From Myxococcota bacterium (GTDB lineage: Bacteria; Myxococcota_A; UBA796; SXON01), in contig JAZKFH010000017.1 in NCBI GenBank assembly GCA_040386535.1, positions 32,001-96,000 of the forward strand: a stretch of 64,000 nucleotides of DNA, read 5' to 3'. A program made the translations under genes and the position numbers. Numbering within the stretch: position 1 is the first letter of the stretch; each line of letters starts with the position of its first letter. Shown one piece after another: positions 19,707 through 30,125 of the stretch. The notes under the pieces were generated by a model, which had not been told where the DNA came from, did not search any database, and saw only the letters and a program-made list of their open reading frames with translations.

Positions 19707-20171
19707 TCAGGGAGTGCCGCCTGGGATCGAGTAGTAGGCACGTCCTGCTACGACCCTGGTCAACAAACCGCTCTGCACGGCCCTGTCCAGAGCCAGGTGC
19801 ACGGACGCCTCGTCGACGTCAAATCCGCGAGAACGGGCGTACCGCACGATCCCGAACGCTCCGATCAGGATGGGTGACGCCGCGCCGTGGTTGAAGTGCC
19901 AGCCGAAGTCCACCTCGGCGCCGTCCAATCGTACCTCGCAGCCTGATCCGTGGAAACGATAGCGGAGTTGGCCCGCCTCATCCTGCACGACTCCGACCCG
20001 TGCCTTCCGGGCGGCGGTGAAGACATCGCCGTAGCGACCCTCCGAGCACGTCACCCCGAGGCTCTCGGCGATTCGGGCCAGGGAGGCCTGCGCAGTGAGC
20101 CGGAAGTCCCGGAGGAGAGTTGGCAGCTCCCGTTCGAACAGTCCCGCGTGCACGTCGGCAGCTTCACCCAC
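19707..20171 (-). CDS. Hypothetical protein, DUF6896-like (possible orphan immunity protein)
   Basis: YRFHGSGC...VDF motif; visibly more AT-containing than the flanks; TAGGCT-N6-GTG start. Confidence 0.6.
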   Translation of the reverse strand: MGEAADVHAGLFERELPTLLRDFRLTAQASLARIAESLGVTCSEGRYGDVFTAARKARVGVVQDEAGQLRYRFHGSGCEVRLDGAEVDFGWHFNHGAASPILIGAFGIVRYARSRGFDVDEASVHLALDRAVQSGLLTRVVAGRAYYSIPGGTP

Positions 20172-20307
20172 GAGCCCAGCCTATCGTACGGCACCCGCAT
20201 CGTAGGGTCCTTGGACGCTGGGATCGGCCGCCGCTCGCCTCTCCACCCCCGCCGCCGCACCGGCGCGCCCGGCGCGTCCGGGTGCCCAGTCGCTTACGTT
20301 GGGAAAC

Positions 20308-21984
20308 ATGCACCCGCGCTGGACCCCGGCCTTCTCCCTCGATCGTGTGCCCGTCGGCGGCGCGCGCCTCTACAAGTCGGACGCCACGCAGGTGGCCGTG
20401 TTCCACCGGGCGGAGGGCGTGTACGCGATCGACAACCGGTGCCCGCACCAGGGGTACCCCCTGCTGCAAGGGACGGTGAGCGGGTGCATCGTCACGTGCC
20501 AATGGCACAACTTCAAGTTCGACCTGCGCGACGGCGCCTGTGTCCTCGGGGAAGAGGCCGTCCGGAGCTACCCGGTGCGCGTGGTGGACGGGCAGGTGGA
20601 GATCGATCTGTCGCCGTCGCCGTCGCTGCTCGCGGGGCTCTGGGCCGATCTGGCGACCGCGATGGAACGGCACGAGGCCGGCCGGATCGCGCGAAACGTC
20701 GTGCGGCTGCTGGATCTCGGGGTGACCGCCGCGGAGCTGGCCCGCGTGGGTGCCACGTTCGACGCCGCCCACGGCGACTACGGGCCCTCCCACGCGCTCC
20801 CGTTAGCTGCCGAGGTCGCGGCCGGCACTCCGACGGGCTCGGGCGAGCAGTGGCCGGCGCTGCCCATCGTGCAGACGCTCGACCTCGCCGCGCGGAGCAC
20901 CGTCCGGATGCCGGTGCGCGCGGTGCCCGATCCGGTCGATCCCGGCGACGATCCGGTCGAGGCGGGCGCCCGGGTCCGCGCCCTCGTCGAGGGCGAGCGG
21001 GGCGCCGAGGCCGAGGCGCTCGTACGGGGGGCGGTCGCGCGGGGGTGGGGGCGGGCCGAGCTGCAGCCCTGGTTCTTCCAGCTGTGCGCGGACCACTTCC
21101 TCGACTTCGGGCACGCGCTCATCTACAGCGTGAAGGTGTTCGATCTGCTCGACGCCGCCCCCTCGCGTCAGGACGCCGGGACGCTGCTCGGGGCCCTCGT
21201 GTGGGGCCTCACCAACGGCACCCGCGAAGATCTGCTGCCCCCCTGGTCCGGCTGGCGGCGTCGCATCGCGGGGCTGCTCCCGCCCACCGCCGGCCCACTC
21301 CCGCTCGACGCCCTCGTGGACGCCGAGCCCCCGGCCGCCTTTGCGCTCGTGGCCGCCTCCGCCGATCCCCTCGACGCCATCGCCATCGCCGCCGCCGAGC
21401 GCCTCCTCCGCTTCGACCCCGCCATCGACGCCGACGCCACCGTGTCCGAGGGCTGGCTCGACGTGACGCACACGCTCACCTTCGTCAACGCGGTGCGACA
21501 TGCGCGCCGCCACGGGACGCCGGACCTTGCCCGGTTGTGCCTCCAGGCCGCCCACTTCGTCGCGATCACGCGCGCGCTCGACGGGCCCCGGTGTGCCGTC
21601 GCGCCAGTCGCCCCCACGATCGAGCCCGCCTCGATCGAGCCCGCCTCGATCGAAGACGTGGTCGACGCCGTGGGCACCCGCCGCCCCGACGCCGTCGCGC
21701 GCGCGGCCGGCTGCCTCCAGGATCACGGCCTGGGCGTCCTCGCCGCGGCGCTCGAAGCCCGGGTGTGGCGCGACCACGCGACGCGCGCGGTCATCCTCGC
21801 CCACCAGGTGAAGACGCTTCGGGCCGGCACCGAGGAGGCCATGGCCACCGGCGACACGCGGCCCTTCCTCGCCGCGGTGCGCTTCCTCGCGGCCCCGGTG
21901 CGCGAGCGGAACGTCGAGCGGGTGGTGGAGGAGGCCATCGCCCTGGTCCGCCACGGGCGCCCGCCGCGGTCGCGGGTGTCGTGA
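20308..21984 (+). CDS. Rieske [2Fe-2S] (NirD-like) domain fused to a helical His-rich domain
   Basis: NRCPHQG...TCQWHN; C-terminal DFGHALIY, THTLTF and AHQVK motifs. Confidence 0.85.
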   Translation: MHPRWTPAFSLDRVPVGGARLYKSDATQVAVFHRAEGVYAIDNRCPHQGYPLLQGTVSGCIVTCQWHNFKFDLRDGACVLGEEAVRSYPVRVVDGQVEIDLSPSPSLLAGLWADLATAMERHEAGRIARNVVRLLDLGVTAAELARVGATFDAAHGDYGPSHALPLAAEVAAGTPTGSGEQWPALPIVQTLDLAARSTVRMPVRAVPDPVDPGDDPVEAGARVRALVEGERGAEAEALVRGAVARGWGRAELQPWFFQLCADHFLDFGHALIYSVKVFDLLDAAPSRQDAGTLLGALVWGLTNGTREDLLPPWSGWRRRIAGLLPPTAGPLPLDALVDAEPPAAFALVAASADPLDAIAIAAAERLLRFDPAIDADATVSEGWLDVTHTLTFVNAVRHARRHGTPDLARLCLQAAHFVAITRALDGPRCAVAPVAPTIEPASIEPASIEDVVDAVGTRRPDAVARAAGCLQDHGLGVLAAALEARVWRDHATRAVILAHQVKTLRAGTEEAMATGDTRPFLAAVRFLAAPVRERNVERVVEEAIALVRHGRPPRSRVS

Positions 21985-22018
21985 TGCGCGCACGGTAGCT
22001 GGGAGCTCCCCCGCCCGC

Positions 22019-23284
22019 CTACACGGCCGCCGCCGCCTCCGGAGCGACCTCCGCCGCTCGCGCCCGATCGAAGAACGCCCCCACACACAACACCACCCCG
22101 CCCACGAGCGTCACGGCACCGGCCGCCGCCGCGAACGTGCCGACCAGCGCGTCGTTCTGCATGAGCTTGTCCAGCAGGGTCGCGAAGAGGCCGCACGCGG
22201 GCAACACCGCCGCGCCGATCGCCGCCACGCGCCAGTGCACGCCCGCCACGATGCGCGCCTGGATCCCGGCGAACAGCAGGGGCTCTCCGATGCCGGACAG
22301 GAGCTGCGTCAGGTACATGGGCGCCGCCCCGGCGAACACCCCGCCGAACACGGATGGCAGCAGCCCCGCCCCGACGATGAGCGCGCCCACCCCCGCCACG
22401 GCGAGCGCCGGCACCCGGAAACCGGCCAGCCCCAGGCCGCCGATGATCGCGGCGCACACCGAGCCGGTCACGATGACGGTCAGCGGGTTGATCCACGTGA
22501 ACAGGAACGAGCTGAAGACGTAGGAGTCGCTGGATAGGCGCCACTGCAGCTCGATGCCGCAGTTCCACGCCGTGTAGGCGAGCAACGCGATGCCCGCGGT
22601 GATCCCGGCGCCGATCAGCGCGCGCGGCACAAGGCCCTCGGCGAGCTGCGCCGGGGACTCGGGCGGGCGCAGGAGGTGCAGGATCAGCAGGGCGACGGCG
22701 GGCACGAGGGCGACGACCGCGATCAACGTGGCGATGACGACGGTGGCCGACGGGCCGAACGCGTTGCCGATCCAACTGAAGGGGCGTGTCGCCATCGCGC
22801 CCAGGTTGACCGCCACGTACATCAGCATGAACATCGCCACGCGGGTGGACTCGCGGCGCGGCCCGCGCGCGAGGGCGGCGGCGGCGCCCACGTTGAACAT
22901 GTACCGCCCGATGGCGACGACCACCACGCCCGCCTCGAACCCCCCGAAGGTTTGGAGCGCCAAGCCCAGGATGAAGGCCACCACCCCGGCGGTCATCGCG
23001 CTCGCGCCTCCCGCCGCGGCGGCGAGCGCCGCTCCCGCCACGATCCCGCCGAACCCGGCGAACGTCCCCAGGCTGGACAGGGTGGCCGTGTCGATGCCGC
23101 GGTCCATGGCGAACAGGTAGTAGTTCGAACGCGACAGGTACCAGGCGAGGCCGAAGATCAGCGACACGATCGGCACGGTGACGATGGTGACCCATCGGGT
23201 GAGCGCCGCGTTGGGCGGGGTGCCGTCAGGAGCGGTGGGCGCCCCGGGGGCGGAGTCGGAAAATCCGTAGGGGTCGACGCTCAC
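22019..23284 (-). CDS. MFS transporter, POT/PTR peptide-transporter-like (divergent)
   Basis: About 12 hydrophobic segments; YVAVNLGA and WINPL resemble POT signature positions. Confidence 0.65.
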   Translation of the reverse strand: MSVDPYGFSDSAPGAPTAPDGTPPNAALTRWVTIVTVPIVSLIFGLAWYLSRSNYYLFAMDRGIDTATLSSLGTFAGFGGIVAGAALAAAAGGASAMTAGVVAFILGLALQTFGGFEAGVVVVAIGRYMFNVGAAAALARGPRRESTRVAMFMLMYVAVNLGAMATRPFSWIGNAFGPSATVVIATLIAVVALVPAVALLILHLLRPPESPAQLAEGLVPRALIGAGITAGIALLAYTAWNCGIELQWRLSSDSYVFSSFLFTWINPLTVIVTGSVCAAIIGGLGLAGFRVPALAVAGVGALIVGAGLLPSVFGGVFAGAAPMYLTQLLSGIGEPLLFAGIQARIVAGVHWRVAAIGAAVLPACGLFATLLDKLMQNDALVGTFAAAAGAVTLVGGVVLCVGAFFDRARAAEVAPEAAAAV

Positions 23285-23433
23285 GGGGCTCCCGGCCCGG
23301 GGAGCTCGGGCGGTGCGGCCACCGATAACGCCGAGAGACGGCGGCGTCTGTCGGCACGGTCCACGGCCGGACCTCGTGATCCGCGCGATCGATGCGGCCC
23401 CGCGCTATCGTGCGCCCCTGACCGGAGCTCCCG

Positions 23434-23796
23434 ATGTTCGTCCGCCTGCTTCCCCTGCTCGCCCTCGTCGCGTGCGGCGGGACGCTCTCCACCTCCTCCA
23501 GCACCTGCAGCTACGACGACATCGACGGGATCTGCACCTTCACCAACGTCACCCCCGACGCGCAGGTGACCTTCGACTTCTGGTCGAACGACCTGTCGGT
23601 GAACGACACGGGCAGCGTGCTCATCGGTGACGAAGGCACGGCCCCCGACCAGGCGTGCATCGACGAGCTCGGGATCGAGCTCGACGACACGGTCTACTGC
23701 TCACGGAGCGTGCTCACGGAGAGCGGCGGGGACGGCGACTGCGCGCCCGTCGAGTGGGAGTTCGACGACTTCGAGACGCGGGACTGCGAGCACTGA
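23434..23796 (+). CDS. Small acidic Cys-rich lipoprotein
   Basis: LLALVAC lipobox; six further Cys. Confidence 0.7.
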   Translation: MFVRLLPLLALVACGGTLSTSSSTCSYDDIDGICTFTNVTPDAQVTFDFWSNDLSVNDTGSVLIGDEGTAPDQACIDELGIELDDTVYCSRSVLTESGGDGDCAPVEWEFDDFETRDCEH

Positions 23797-23885
23797 TCGG
23801 CCGCGGTGAGCGTACTGATGCGCGGTGGTCGCCTGAGCCTGGAATCGAGCTTGCGTTTGCACCCCCGTCCTAGCAGGATGCCGCG

Positions 23886-26882
23886 ATGCGACTGCTCCTC
23901 CTTCCGGTCTCCGTTCTGTTGATCCTCGCCTGCGCCGGTGGCGGCAAGGGCGACGATGACGGCGGGGGCGACGACCCTCCCGGGATCTTCGAGGACCAGG
24001 ACGTCGACGACGACGGCTACGACTACGACGACGACTGCAACGACGACGTTGCGAGCGTGAACCCCGGCGCCCAGGAGGTGTGTGGCCCCGGCGATGTCGA
24101 CGAGAACTGCAATGGCCTCGCCGACAACGAGGATCCGGACCTCGTGGGCGGGATCACCGGGTACCCCGACCGCGACGGGTATGGCTACGGGGACGCGAGC
24201 ACCCCCACCACGCTCTGCGAGGGGATCGCCGGGTACACGACCGACGCCAGCGATTGTGACGACGCCGACCCCGCCGTGCACCCCGGGGCTACCGAGCGCT
24301 GTGACGACGCAAACGTAGACGAGGACTGCGACGGCGGCGCCGACAACGCCGACCCGGAGGGGGGCGAAGGAGAGTTCGTCGCCTATGAGGACGCGGACGG
24401 GGACGGCTTCGGCACGGTCTCCGGGTCCGTGTGCGACCTGGTGGACGGTTGGGCGGACGCGGACGGTGACTGTGACGACGGCGACGGGACGATCAACCCG
24501 GACGCCGACGAGACCTGCGACGGCGACGACGACAACTGCGATGGCGCGATCGACGAGAACGCGGTCGACGCCGATACCTGGTACCAGGATCGGGACCGGG
24601 ACGACTACGGCAGCGACACGTCGCAACGCGCCTGCGCGGAGCCCACCGGGTACACCGCCACCGACGGGGACTGCGACGACGACGACGCGACCAGCCACCC
24701 CGGCGGCAGCGAGGTGTGCGACGACGCCGACAACGACTGCGACGGCACGGCCGACGACTCGGCCTCCGACGCGCCCACCTGGTACGTCGACAGCGACGGG
24801 GACACCTACGGCACGACCTCCGGCACCCGCGTCGAGTGCGACCGGCCCGCCGGCTACGCCGCCAACGACGACGACTGCAACGATGCGTCGAGCGCGATCT
24901 CGCCCGCGGACACCGAGATCTGCGACGCCGGCTCCGTCGACGAGGACTGTGACGGCGTCGCGGACGACGCCGACACCAGCGTGAGCGGGCGCACCACCTG
25001 GTACGTCGACGCCGACGGGGACACCTACGGCAACACGTCCTCCACGCGCACCGCCTGCGACCGGCCTGTCGGCTACATCACCACCGGCGGCGACTGCAAC
25101 GACGCCTCGGCCACCATCAGCCCCGCGGCCACCGAGGTCTGCGACACTGCGAACACCGACGAGGACTGCGACAGCCGCGCGGACGACAGCGACACCTCGA
25201 CCTCCGCGGCCAGCAAATTCTCCTGGTACTACGACTACGACTCCGACGGGTACGGGTACAGCCTCTACTACACCCAGTGCGACTCGCCGGGCTCCACCTA
25301 CGTCTCCAGCGGCGGGGACTGCTCCCAGTTCGACGGCGCCGTGAGCCCCGGCGGTACCGAGGCGTGCAACGGCCGGGACGACGACTGCGACAGCCTCGTC
25401 GACGAGGCCGATCCCTCGCTGGTGGCCGACACCTGGTACGCGGATCTCGACGGGGACGGCCACGGGGACCCCGCCGGCGCCACGGCCGTCGATTGCACCG
25501 TGCCGGTCGGGTACGGCGAGCCCGACGACTGCGATGACGCGGACGCGAACATGCACCCGGACGCCGAGGAGGGCTGCTTCGACGGGATCGACAGCGACTG
25601 CGACGGCATCGATCGGTGCACGGGAACGACCACGGCGGACGCCACGGCGCACTTCACCGACAGCTTCACCTTCGCGTCGTCCGTGGCCTTCGTGGGCGAC
25701 GTGGACGGCGACGGGGTGAAGGACCTCGCCGTCGCCGACATGGCCGAGGGCAGCTTCCTGGGCGGCATCTACCTGTACTCCGGGGCGGACACCGGCACCT
25801 TCACCCAGTCGGACGCGATGGTGAGCAACACCAGCGTCGGCACCGACGTGTACGGGTACGGCGCTTCCTGGCTCCTCGTGGTGGACGACGTGAACGGGGA
25901 TGGCATCGAGGACCTCTGGACCGGCGCCCCGCGCGAGAGTTGGGTCAGCTCCAGCTCTGATGGCGCGGCCTACCTGCTCGACGGCGCCGACCTCTCCCAG
26001 ATCGCGGTGATCTCGGCCGCCGAAACGGGAAGCTCCTTCGGCATCTCCGCCGCGAGCCTCGGCGACTGGGACGGAGACGGCGACGAGGACGTGATGATCG
26101 GCGCCCCGGACGCGTACGTTTCGGGTGTCTACGGCGGCGTGTACATCCTCGACGCCGCCCAGACCGCCAACGGCGCCGCGGTCTCCACCGTCGCAACGAC
26201 CAGGTTCTACTCGAGCGACGGGTCGATCCAGCCGGGCGGCAGCGTCTGCGACCTCGGAGACACCGACGGGGACGGTGTGAACGACCTCGGCCTCTCCTCG
26301 GAGTACACCGACTCGGGCTACGGCATCGTCCTGTACACCGGCGGCGTCGTGACCGGCAGCGTCGACGTGGCCGGCGAACCGCGGCTCACCGGGCTCGCCT
26401 TCCTGAGCTGCGGCGGCGGCGACGGTGACGGCGACGGTTACAACGACCTCGCCGTCGCGACCTACGACTCGTCGTTCGGACAACACCGCGCCTACCTCGT
26501 CCCCGGCCCGTTCTCCGGCTCGAGGCCGGTGAGGACGGCAGCAAGCGCCGTGCTGACCGGCGGCGGCGGCTACGGAACGCTCGGACAGGTGGGCATGGAG
26601 GACGTCGACGGCGACGGCCGCGCCGAGTGGATCGTGGGGAGCCCGTTCGAGGACGAGGGCCCCTCCCGCGAGGTCGGGAAGTGGCTGGCCCTGGACGGCG
26701 GGCTCACCGGCACGGTGACCAGCGCGGACGCCGCGGTCGTCCTCCGCGGGGCCGCGGTCTCCAACGAGCTCGGCGAGAACTGGATCGTCGGGGACCTCGA
26801 GGGTGACGGCGTCGCGGAGGTGTTCGTCACGGGCACGAACACCTACGAGGCGTGGCTCTTCTCGCTCGCCGACCTGCCGTGA
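23886..26882 (+). CDS. Surface lipoprotein with MopE-related Cys/Asp repeats and an FG-GAP beta-propeller
   Basis: LILAC lipobox; eight DCxD...P...ExC repeats; seven DxDGDG FG-GAP-type Ca-binding loops. Confidence 0.9.
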   Translation: MRLLLLPVSVLLILACAGGGKGDDDGGGDDPPGIFEDQDVDDDGYDYDDDCNDDVASVNPGAQEVCGPGDVDENCNGLADNEDPDLVGGITGYPDRDGYGYGDASTPTTLCEGIAGYTTDASDCDDADPAVHPGATERCDDANVDEDCDGGADNADPEGGEGEFVAYEDADGDGFGTVSGSVCDLVDGWADADGDCDDGDGTINPDADETCDGDDDNCDGAIDENAVDADTWYQDRDRDDYGSDTSQRACAEPTGYTATDGDCDDDDATSHPGGSEVCDDADNDCDGTADDSASDAPTWYVDSDGDTYGTTSGTRVECDRPAGYAANDDDCNDASSAISPADTEICDAGSVDEDCDGVADDADTSVSGRTTWYVDADGDTYGNTSSTRTACDRPVGYITTGGDCNDASATISPAATEVCDTANTDEDCDSRADDSDTSTSAASKFSWYYDYDSDGYGYSLYYTQCDSPGSTYVSSGGDCSQFDGAVSPGGTEACNGRDDDCDSLVDEADPSLVADTWYADLDGDGHGDPAGATAVDCTVPVGYGEPDDCDDADANMHPDAEEGCFDGIDSDCDGIDRCTGTTTADATAHFTDSFTFASSVAFVGDVDGDGVKDLAVADMAEGSFLGGIYLYSGADTGTFTQSDAMVSNTSVGTDVYGYGASWLLVVDDVNGDGIEDLWTGAPRESWVSSSSDGAAYLLDGADLSQIAVISAAETGSSFGISAASLGDWDGDGDEDVMIGAPDAYVSGVYGGVYILDAAQTANGAAVSTVATTRFYSSDGSIQPGGSVCDLGDTDGDGVNDLGLSSEYTDSGYGIVLYTGGVVTGSVDVAGEPRLTGLAFLSCGGGDGDGDGYNDLAVATYDSSFGQHRAYLVPGPFSGSRPVRTAASAVLTGGGGYGTLGQVGMEDVDGDGRAEWIVGSPFEDEGPSREVGKWLALDGGLTGTVTSADAAVVLRGAAVSNELGENWIVGDLEGDGVAEVFVTGTNTYEAWLFSLADLP

Positions 26883-26908
26883 GCCGGGCCTGGCGCGAGG
26901 CTTGACCG

Positions 26909-26965
26909 GGGCGCGGTCGGCGCCGCCCTGGGAGCCGGGCACCGCGCCCAACGTTGGTCGCCCAA
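26909..26965. repeat. Palindromic repeat family B, divergent copy downstream of fliI
   Basis: GGGCGCGGTCGGCGCC...CCGGGCACCGCGCCC...GGTCGCCCAA resembles 42044-42092 and 58062-58112. Confidence 0.6.
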
Positions 26966-26985
26966 AGCCCTCTTGGCAAATCGCC

Positions 26986-28320
26986 CTACTTCCCCACCAC
27001 CCCCTCCATCCCCACCAACGCCGGCCCCAACCCCGACGCCTCGTCCGTGCGCTGACGCAGGAACGCGCGGATGGGCTCGATGCGGGCGATGGCCTGGTCC
27101 ACCTCGGGGCTCGCGCCCGCGCGGTACACACCCAGGCGAACCAACTCTTCGTTCTCGGACCACGTGGCAAGGAGGCGGCGCATCTTCTGGGCCGCGTCGC
27201 GGTGGGGGCGCGTTGTCACGTTCGGCATGACACGGCTGATGCTCTGGAGCACGTCCACGGCGGGGAATTGGCCCTGCGCCGCGATCCGGCGGGAGAGGAC
27301 CACGTGGCCGTCCACGATGCCGCGGACGGCGTCGCCGATGGGGTCCTGCATGTCGTCGCCGTCGACCAACACGGCGTAGAGCGCGGTGACGCTGCCGCTG
27401 CCGTCCACGCCGGGGCCGGCGCGCTCGAGCAGGCGCGGGAGGAGGCCGAACACGGAGGGGGTGTAACCTTTGGTGGTCGGGGGCTCGCCGGTGGCGAGGC
27501 CGATCTGGCGCTGGGCCATCGCGAGGCGGGTGACACTGTCCATGAAGAACATCACGTCGTTGCCTTCGTCGCGGAGGTAGTCGGCGATGGTGGCGGCGAC
27601 GAACGCACCGCGGACCTGGAGCACCGGGGACTTGTCCGAGGTCACGACGACGACGACCGAGCGGGCGAGGCCCTCGGGGCCCAACACGTCTTCGAGGAAC
27701 TCGCGGACTTCGCGGCCGCGTTCCCCGATGAGGGCGATGACGTTCACGTCCGCGGCGGAGCGGCGCGCGATCATGCCGAGCAGGGTGCTCTTGCCGACGC
27801 CGGAGCCGGCCATGAGGCCCACACGCTGGCCGCGGCCGAGGGTGAGGAGGCCGTCGAGCACGCGCACGCCGGTCTCGAGGGGCTGGCGGATGACGGTGCG
27901 GCGGAGCGGATCGGGGGGCGGGGCGTGGAGCGGGCGACGGGTGACGAAGCCGAGGGGGCCCTTGCCGTCGATGGGCTCGCCCATGCCGTCGAGCACGCGG
28001 CCGCGCAGGCCCGCGCCGACCGAGACGGTGGGCATGTCCCCCACGGTGTCGACCCGCGCGCCGTAGCGGATGCCGTCGGTGGTCCCAAATGGCATCAACA
28101 GGGCGTGGTGGCCGCGGAAGCCGACGGTCTCCGCGGGCCCGCCGCCCTCGACGTGACACACCTCCCCCACCCGCGCGCCGGGCAGCTCTGCTTCGAGCAG
28201 CGTGCCGACCAGCTTGACGACCCGGCCGCTGCGCTTGCGCACCGGGATGTCACGCAACGTGCTACCAAGGGCACCAAGTCCCAAGCCACCACCCGCGCCA
28301 CCACCGACGGCGGCGGTCAA
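26986..28320 (-). CDS. fliI: Flagellar export ATPase FliI
   Basis: AGSGVGKST P-loop, ALIGERGREV, MDSVTR, GEPPTTKGYTPS, DGHVVLSR; TTG start overlapping the fliH stop. Confidence 0.95.
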   Translation of the reverse strand: MTAAVGGGAGGGLGLGALGSTLRDIPVRKRSGRVVKLVGTLLEAELPGARVGEVCHVEGGGPAETVGFRGHHALLMPFGTTDGIRYGARVDTVGDMPTVSVGAGLRGRVLDGMGEPIDGKGPLGFVTRRPLHAPPPDPLRRTVIRQPLETGVRVLDGLLTLGRGQRVGLMAGSGVGKSTLLGMIARRSAADVNVIALIGERGREVREFLEDVLGPEGLARSVVVVVTSDKSPVLQVRGAFVAATIADYLRDEGNDVMFFMDSVTRLAMAQRQIGLATGEPPTTKGYTPSVFGLLPRLLERAGPGVDGSGSVTALYAVLVDGDDMQDPIGDAVRGIVDGHVVLSRRIAAQGQFPAVDVLQSISRVMPNVTTRPHRDAAQKMRRLLATWSENEELVRLGVYRAGASPEVDQAIARIEPIRAFLRQRTDEASGLGPALVGMEGVVGK

Positions 28321-29069
28321 CCGCCCACCGCCCAGCGCTCGATGGCCGTGCCGACCGCGACCATGGCGCTCTCCAACGAGGCGTCGATGCGGCCGGCGGG
28401 GCCGACACACAGGCAGCCGGCCTCGATGGCGAAGTCCTCGACCACGTCGAGCGAAGGCATCCGCGCGCGCAGGGTGTCGGCGTCCAGCGGCGAGACATGC
28501 ACCTGGAGCCCGTCGCGGCCGAGGGCGTTGACGGCCTCGTCCACGAGCGCGTTGAGGAGGCGCGGATCGGCGTGCAACGCGTCGCCCGCGATACGACGCG
28601 CGGCCTCGAGGATTACACCGCCGGCCTCCGCGCGGAGCTCGCCCACGAGCGTCACGTGCGCGGCCTGGAGCGCCCGGGCGCCAGCCTCCAGGGTCTCGGC
28701 GGCGGCCTCCATGGCGCGGGTGGCCTCCTCCATCTCGCGGGTGGCGGCGGCGAGCCGGAGCACCTCGGCCTTCATCGCCTCGCGCTCCTGCTCGACCAGC
28801 TCCAGCGCCTCGGCGTGCTCGGCGGCGCGGCGCTCTTCGAGCTCGGCGGGATCGGGCTCGCGCAGGGCGGGCTCGGGCGCGACGGGCTCGGGCGGCGTGG
28901 GGACCTCGGGCGCGGCCTCGACGTTGGGGCCCACGAGCGTGCGGGTCCGCGCAAGGCCGGCGGTCCACGCGCGATCGGGGATGGACGAGGCGGCGCCGAG
29001 GGGGCGCCAGGCGGCGGCGCGGGGCTCGCCGCGGGGCTCGTAGGGCAGGAACGGGATGAACTGGCTCAT
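28317..29069 (-). CDS. fliH: Flagellar assembly protein FliH
   Basis: Lies between fliG and fliI; coiled-coil middle; VHVSPLD...GCLC...GRIDASLE. Confidence 0.8.
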   Translation of the reverse strand: MSQFIPFLPYEPRGEPRAAAWRPLGAASSIPDRAWTAGLARTRTLVGPNVEAAPEVPTPPEPVAPEPALREPDPAELEERRAAEHAEALELVEQEREAMKAEVLRLAAATREMEEATRAMEAAAETLEAGARALQAAHVTLVGELRAEAGGVILEAARRIAGDALHADPRLLNALVDEAVNALGRDGLQVHVSPLDADTLRARMPSLDVVEDFAIEAGCLCVGPAGRIDASLESAMVAVGTAIERWAVGG

Positions 29070-29072
29070 GGG

Positions 29073-30116
29073 CTACGCCACTCCGTCGTCGGCGTCGCCG
29101 AGATCCAGGTAGATGGTGCCTTCGTCGGCGAGGTGGCGCGCGATGGCGACCACGCGATCCTGCGACTCCCGGAGCTGGGCGCGGCGGGCCGGGCCGCCGA
29201 TCTCGATCTCTTCGAGCAAATCCGCGGCGGCGCGGGCGGAGAGGTTCTTGAGGAACTGCGCACGCATGGCCGGCGAGGCGCCCTTGAGCGCGATGACGAG
29301 ATCGGCGCGCTCGACCGCGCGGAGCAGCGCCTGGATGCCGCGCCCGTCGAGGCGCTCGAGGTCCTCGAAGGAGACCATGCGGCGCTGGAGATCGGCGGCG
29401 AGCCCTTCTTCGAGGGCGCGCACGCCGTCGAGCACCACGGCGTTGCGCTCGCGGGGCATACGACCGAGGATGCGCGCGGTGCGCTCGACGCCGCCGACGG
29501 GCAGCGCGTCCTCAAAGCCGACCAGCGCGGTGCGCACGGCGGCCTCGATGTCGTCGGAGAGCTCGGGGGCGACCGACTCGGCCTGGGCCATGCGAATGGC
29601 GAGGTCGGCCTGGTCCTCGACCGGCATGCAGGCGAGCACGCGCGCGGCGTTCTCGGTGCCCATCCGGAGCATGGCGATGGCGCGCACCTGGGGGTGCTCG
29701 TCGCCCAGCACGCTCGCGACGGCGCGGGCGGGACGGGTGCGCACGAACGCCTCGAAGTCGTCGTTGCCGATGCGGCGGAGGTGGGCGCCCATGCGAGCGC
29801 GGCGGTCGTCGTCGAACAGGCCGGGCAGCACGTTGCGGGCGAAGTTGCGGCCGCTCGCGGGCAGGACGCTGACCTGGCGGAGCTGGTCGACAAAGTCGGT
29901 GACGACCGCCTCGACGGTCTCCTCGCCGGCGTCGCCCATCTCGGCGATGGTCGTCGCGATGCGCTCGACCTCGTCGTCGGTGAGGCCCTTGAGCAGGGCG
30001 CGCGCGGCGTCGCGGTCCAGGTACATGACGAGCACCGCCGCCTTCTGCAGGCCGGTGAGCGGCGGCGCAGAGGCGGGGATGGGTGCGGGGACGGAGCGGA
30101 GGGCGGTCACGGACAC
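29073..30116 (-). CDS. fliG: Flagellar motor switch protein FliG
   Basis: LTGLQKAAVL, EHPQ, GGVE, MVSFEDL, ALKGA, NLSARAA. Confidence 0.95.
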   Translation of the reverse strand: MSVTALRSVPAPIPASAPPLTGLQKAAVLVMYLDRDAARALLKGLTDDEVERIATTIAEMGDAGEETVEAVVTDFVDQLRQVSVLPASGRNFARNVLPGLFDDDRRARMGAHLRRIGNDDFEAFVRTRPARAVASVLGDEHPQVRAIAMLRMGTENAARVLACMPVEDQADLAIRMAQAESVAPELSDDIEAAVRTALVGFEDALPVGGVERTARILGRMPRERNAVVLDGVRALEEGLAADLQRRMVSFEDLERLDGRGIQALLRAVERADLVIALKGASPAMRAQFLKNLSARAAADLLEEIEIGGPARRAQLRESQDRVVAIARHLADEGTIYLDLGDADDGVA

Positions 30117-30125
30117 GGGGCGCTC

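Noticed and set aside
21619..21654. Short in-frame tandem duplications (IEPAS x2; also GQLAAS at 9094-9137 and PKDGA at ~10565-10610)
   Set aside because: Small slippage events in linkers or tails with no evident functional signal.
26883..26985. fliJ expected after fliI
   Set aside because: Only ~100 bp with a repeat precede a convergent gene; no fliJ is present here, and its location elsewhere cannot be judged.
23694..27170. 1158-aa minus-strand ORF and similar long Arg/Gly/Val-rich ORFs (28497-31238, 43116-45860, 48852-51083)
   Set aside because: Antisense shadows of real genes in GC-rich DNA with few stop codons.
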